A stretch of DNA of 64,000 nt from Coleofasciculus sp. B1-GNL1-01 (GTDB taxonomy: Bacteria > Cyanobacteriota > Cyanobacteriia > Cyanobacteriales > Coleofasciculaceae). Position numbers and translations under genes: made by a program. The notes under the pieces were generated by a model, which was not told the origin of the DNA, did not search any database, and worked only from the letters and a program-made list of their open reading frames with translations. Shown here one piece after another: positions 62,191-64,000 of the stretch. Every line of letters starts with the position of its first letter. Positions within the stretch are counted from its first letter, which is position 1. The stretch is taken from NCBI GenBank assembly GCA_040220235.1, contig JAVJTO010000088.1. One strand, written 5' to 3'.

Positions 62191-64000
62191 ATGATTCCCC
62201 TGAAACTGACCCTGAAAAATTTCTTAAGCTACCGCGAAACGACCCTGGACTTTCGCGGACTGCATACGGCTTGTATCTGTGGCGCCAATGGTGCGGGCAA
62301 ATCGTCTCTCCTAGAAGCGATTACCTGGGCGATTTGGGGACAATGCCGTGCCGCGTCGGAAGATGATTTAATCCATTCCGGGGCGAAAAATGTGCGGGTA
62401 GATTTCATCTTCCATAATAACCAACAAACCCATCGGGTGATTCGCAGCAAGCAACGGGGACAAAGCAGTTCCCTAGAATTTCAAATTGAAACCCCAGATG
62501 GATTTCGTTCTTTAACTGAAAAAGGATTACGGGCAACTCAACAGCTCATCCTGCATCATATTAAGCTGGATTACGATACCTTTATCAACTCCGCTTATTT
62601 GCGTCAGGGGCGGGCGGATGAATTTATGCTACGGCGTCCCTCGGAACGTAAACAAATCTTAGCCGATTTATTGAAACTGGATCAATATGAAACCTTAGCC
62701 GATCAAGCCAAGGATTTATCCCGCCAATTTAAAGGTCAAGCCGAACAACTGGACTCCAGTTTACAAGCGATTGGGCAGCAACTGGAAGAACGAGAGGCGA
62801 TCGCACACCAACAAGACGCCACTCAAACCACCTTATCTCAACTGCGCCAAGACCAGGACACCGACCAAAGCCAACTGCACCACCTGCAATCTTTAAAACA
62901 CCAACGCCACACCTGGGAACAACAACTCACCTTTGTCCGCCAGCAATACCAAAATCTTACCCAAGAGTGCGATCGCCTACACCAGGATATCACCACCACC
63001 GAAAGCCAAAAGCAGCAATTAGCCACGATTCTCGACCAACAGGATCAAATTAACACGGGTTATGCCGATTATCTCACTCTGCAACAGCGAGAAGAAAGTC
63101 TCAGCCAAAAATTCCACGCCGATCAAAACGCCCACCGCCAAAAACAGCAGCACCAGCAGCAACTCAACCAACAGATTCAGGAATTGAATCTACAAATTCG
63201 CCAAACCCAAGCCCAACTCGACGCCCTGCGCCCCCAAGAACAAGAAATTCAACAGATGCTTACCCGTTCTGGAGACGTAGCGGAAGCCGTGGAAAAACTC
63301 AAAGCCGCCCGTACCCGCCTCAACCACCTGGATCAACTTCAACTCGATGTCTCCCCTATCCTACAACGTCGCGCCGCCTTGCAAAGTGAACTGGATCGCA
63401 ACCACGCCCGCCTCAGCGCCCGTTTAGATGAACTCAACGCCTCAGAAGATCAACTCTCGCACCAAATCGCCACTACCCCCCAACTGCGACAAACGGTTCT
63501 GCAAGTCGTCGCCGAAATCAGTACCTTAGAAAAAAAGAAAGTCTATCAACAGCGCGTCCAAGAAAAAGGACTCGAACGCCGCAGCTTCCAGGAACGACTG
63601 CAAGAAAGCCAGCGCCGTTATGAAAAGCAAATCGCCGAACTCACCCAGAAAATCCAAATGCTACAGGTTCAGGACGCCGTATGTCCCCTGTGCGATCGCC
63701 CCTTAGATGAAGCCCATTCTCAGCACGTTATCCAGAAAACTAGCACAGAACAACAGGAAATTCAAGATCAATTTTGGGTGGTGCGAGAACAGCTAGCGGT
63801 TTGTGAACGGGAACTGCAAGTCTTACGTCAAGAATACGCCCAACTCTCCCAAGAATTGGCACCGTTTGAACAATTACTCGAACAACGGGGACAACTCGAA
63901 GCCCGACTCGAAGCCACCGATGAAGTGTATGATCGCCTCTACGACATCTCCGAAGAAAAGAAACAACTGGAGCGATCGCTAAGTGAAGGAACCTACGCCC
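62191..64000 (+). CDS. sbcC: Exonuclease SbcC (Rad50-like SMC ATPase), partial, runs off the window
   Basis: MIPLKLTLKNFLSY, GANGAGKSSLLEAITWAIWG, YLRQG, coiled coil, CPLC zinc hook; missing from the ORF track because it has no stop. Confidence 0.93.
   Translation, partial: MIPLKLTLKNFLSYRETTLDFRGLHTACICGANGAGKSSLLEAITWAIWGQCRAASEDDLIHSGAKNVRVDFIFHNNQQTHRVIRSKQRGQSSSLEFQIETPDGFRSLTEKGLRATQQLILHHIKLDYDTFINSAYLRQGRADEFMLRRPSERKQILADLLKLDQYETLADQAKDLSRQFKGQAEQLDSSLQAIGQQLEEREAIAHQQDATQTTLSQLRQDQDTDQSQLHHLQSLKHQRHTWEQQLTFVRQQYQNLTQECDRLHQDITTTESQKQQLATILDQQDQINTGYADYLTLQQREESLSQKFHADQNAHRQKQQHQQQLNQQIQELNLQIRQTQAQLDALRPQEQEIQQMLTRSGDVAEAVEKLKAARTRLNHLDQLQLDVSPILQRRAALQSELDRNHARLSARLDELNASEDQLSHQIATTPQLRQTVLQVVAEISTLEKKKVYQQRVQEKGLERRSFQERLQESQRRYEKQIAELTQKIQMLQVQDAVCPLCDRPLDEAHSQHVIQKTSTEQQEIQDQFWVVREQLAVCERELQVLRQEYAQLSQELAPFEQLLEQRGQLEARLEATDEVYDRLYDISEEKKQLERSLSEGTYA

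Noticed and set aside
62229..63026. Minus-strand short ORFs
   Set aside because: Antisense to sbcC.

Overview
Cyanobacterial chromosomal window, judged from abundant HIP1 GCGATCGC, rbcL-rbcX-rbcS and short tandem repeats. The repeat load suggests a filamentous Oscillatoriales/Coleofasciculus-like organism (inference). Housekeeping loci (probable 6S RNA, ppk, rbcLXS, panB, ffh-rpsP-khpA-phoH, sbcC) frame a ~35 kb accessory region. The most notable items are four. (1) A co-oriented minus-strand cluster encodes a large S8-LysM-SH3-LysM-M23 cargo with an N-terminal LEP-type motif and no obvious signal peptide, a GT4 glycosyltransferase, an M50 protease with two PqqD/RRE-like domains and a HlyD adaptor, but no ABC transporter; this is a candidate leader-dependent export system. 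(2) There are two copies of a paired-ATPase module: an HTH-AAA protein plus an AAA-TM-sensor protein with CHASE2 or a periplasmic-binding domain. (3) Each HTH-AAA gene has its own helically phased direct-repeat array upstream, and the GGTATC array recurs in front of the cargo gene, suggesting a regulon. (4) CHASE2/DUF928/CHAT/TpsA genes cluster with the first module. Intergenic DNA is dense with REP-like palindromes and MITEs; several interrupt genes or lie in frame within them. All calls come from motif recognition only; no searches were run.
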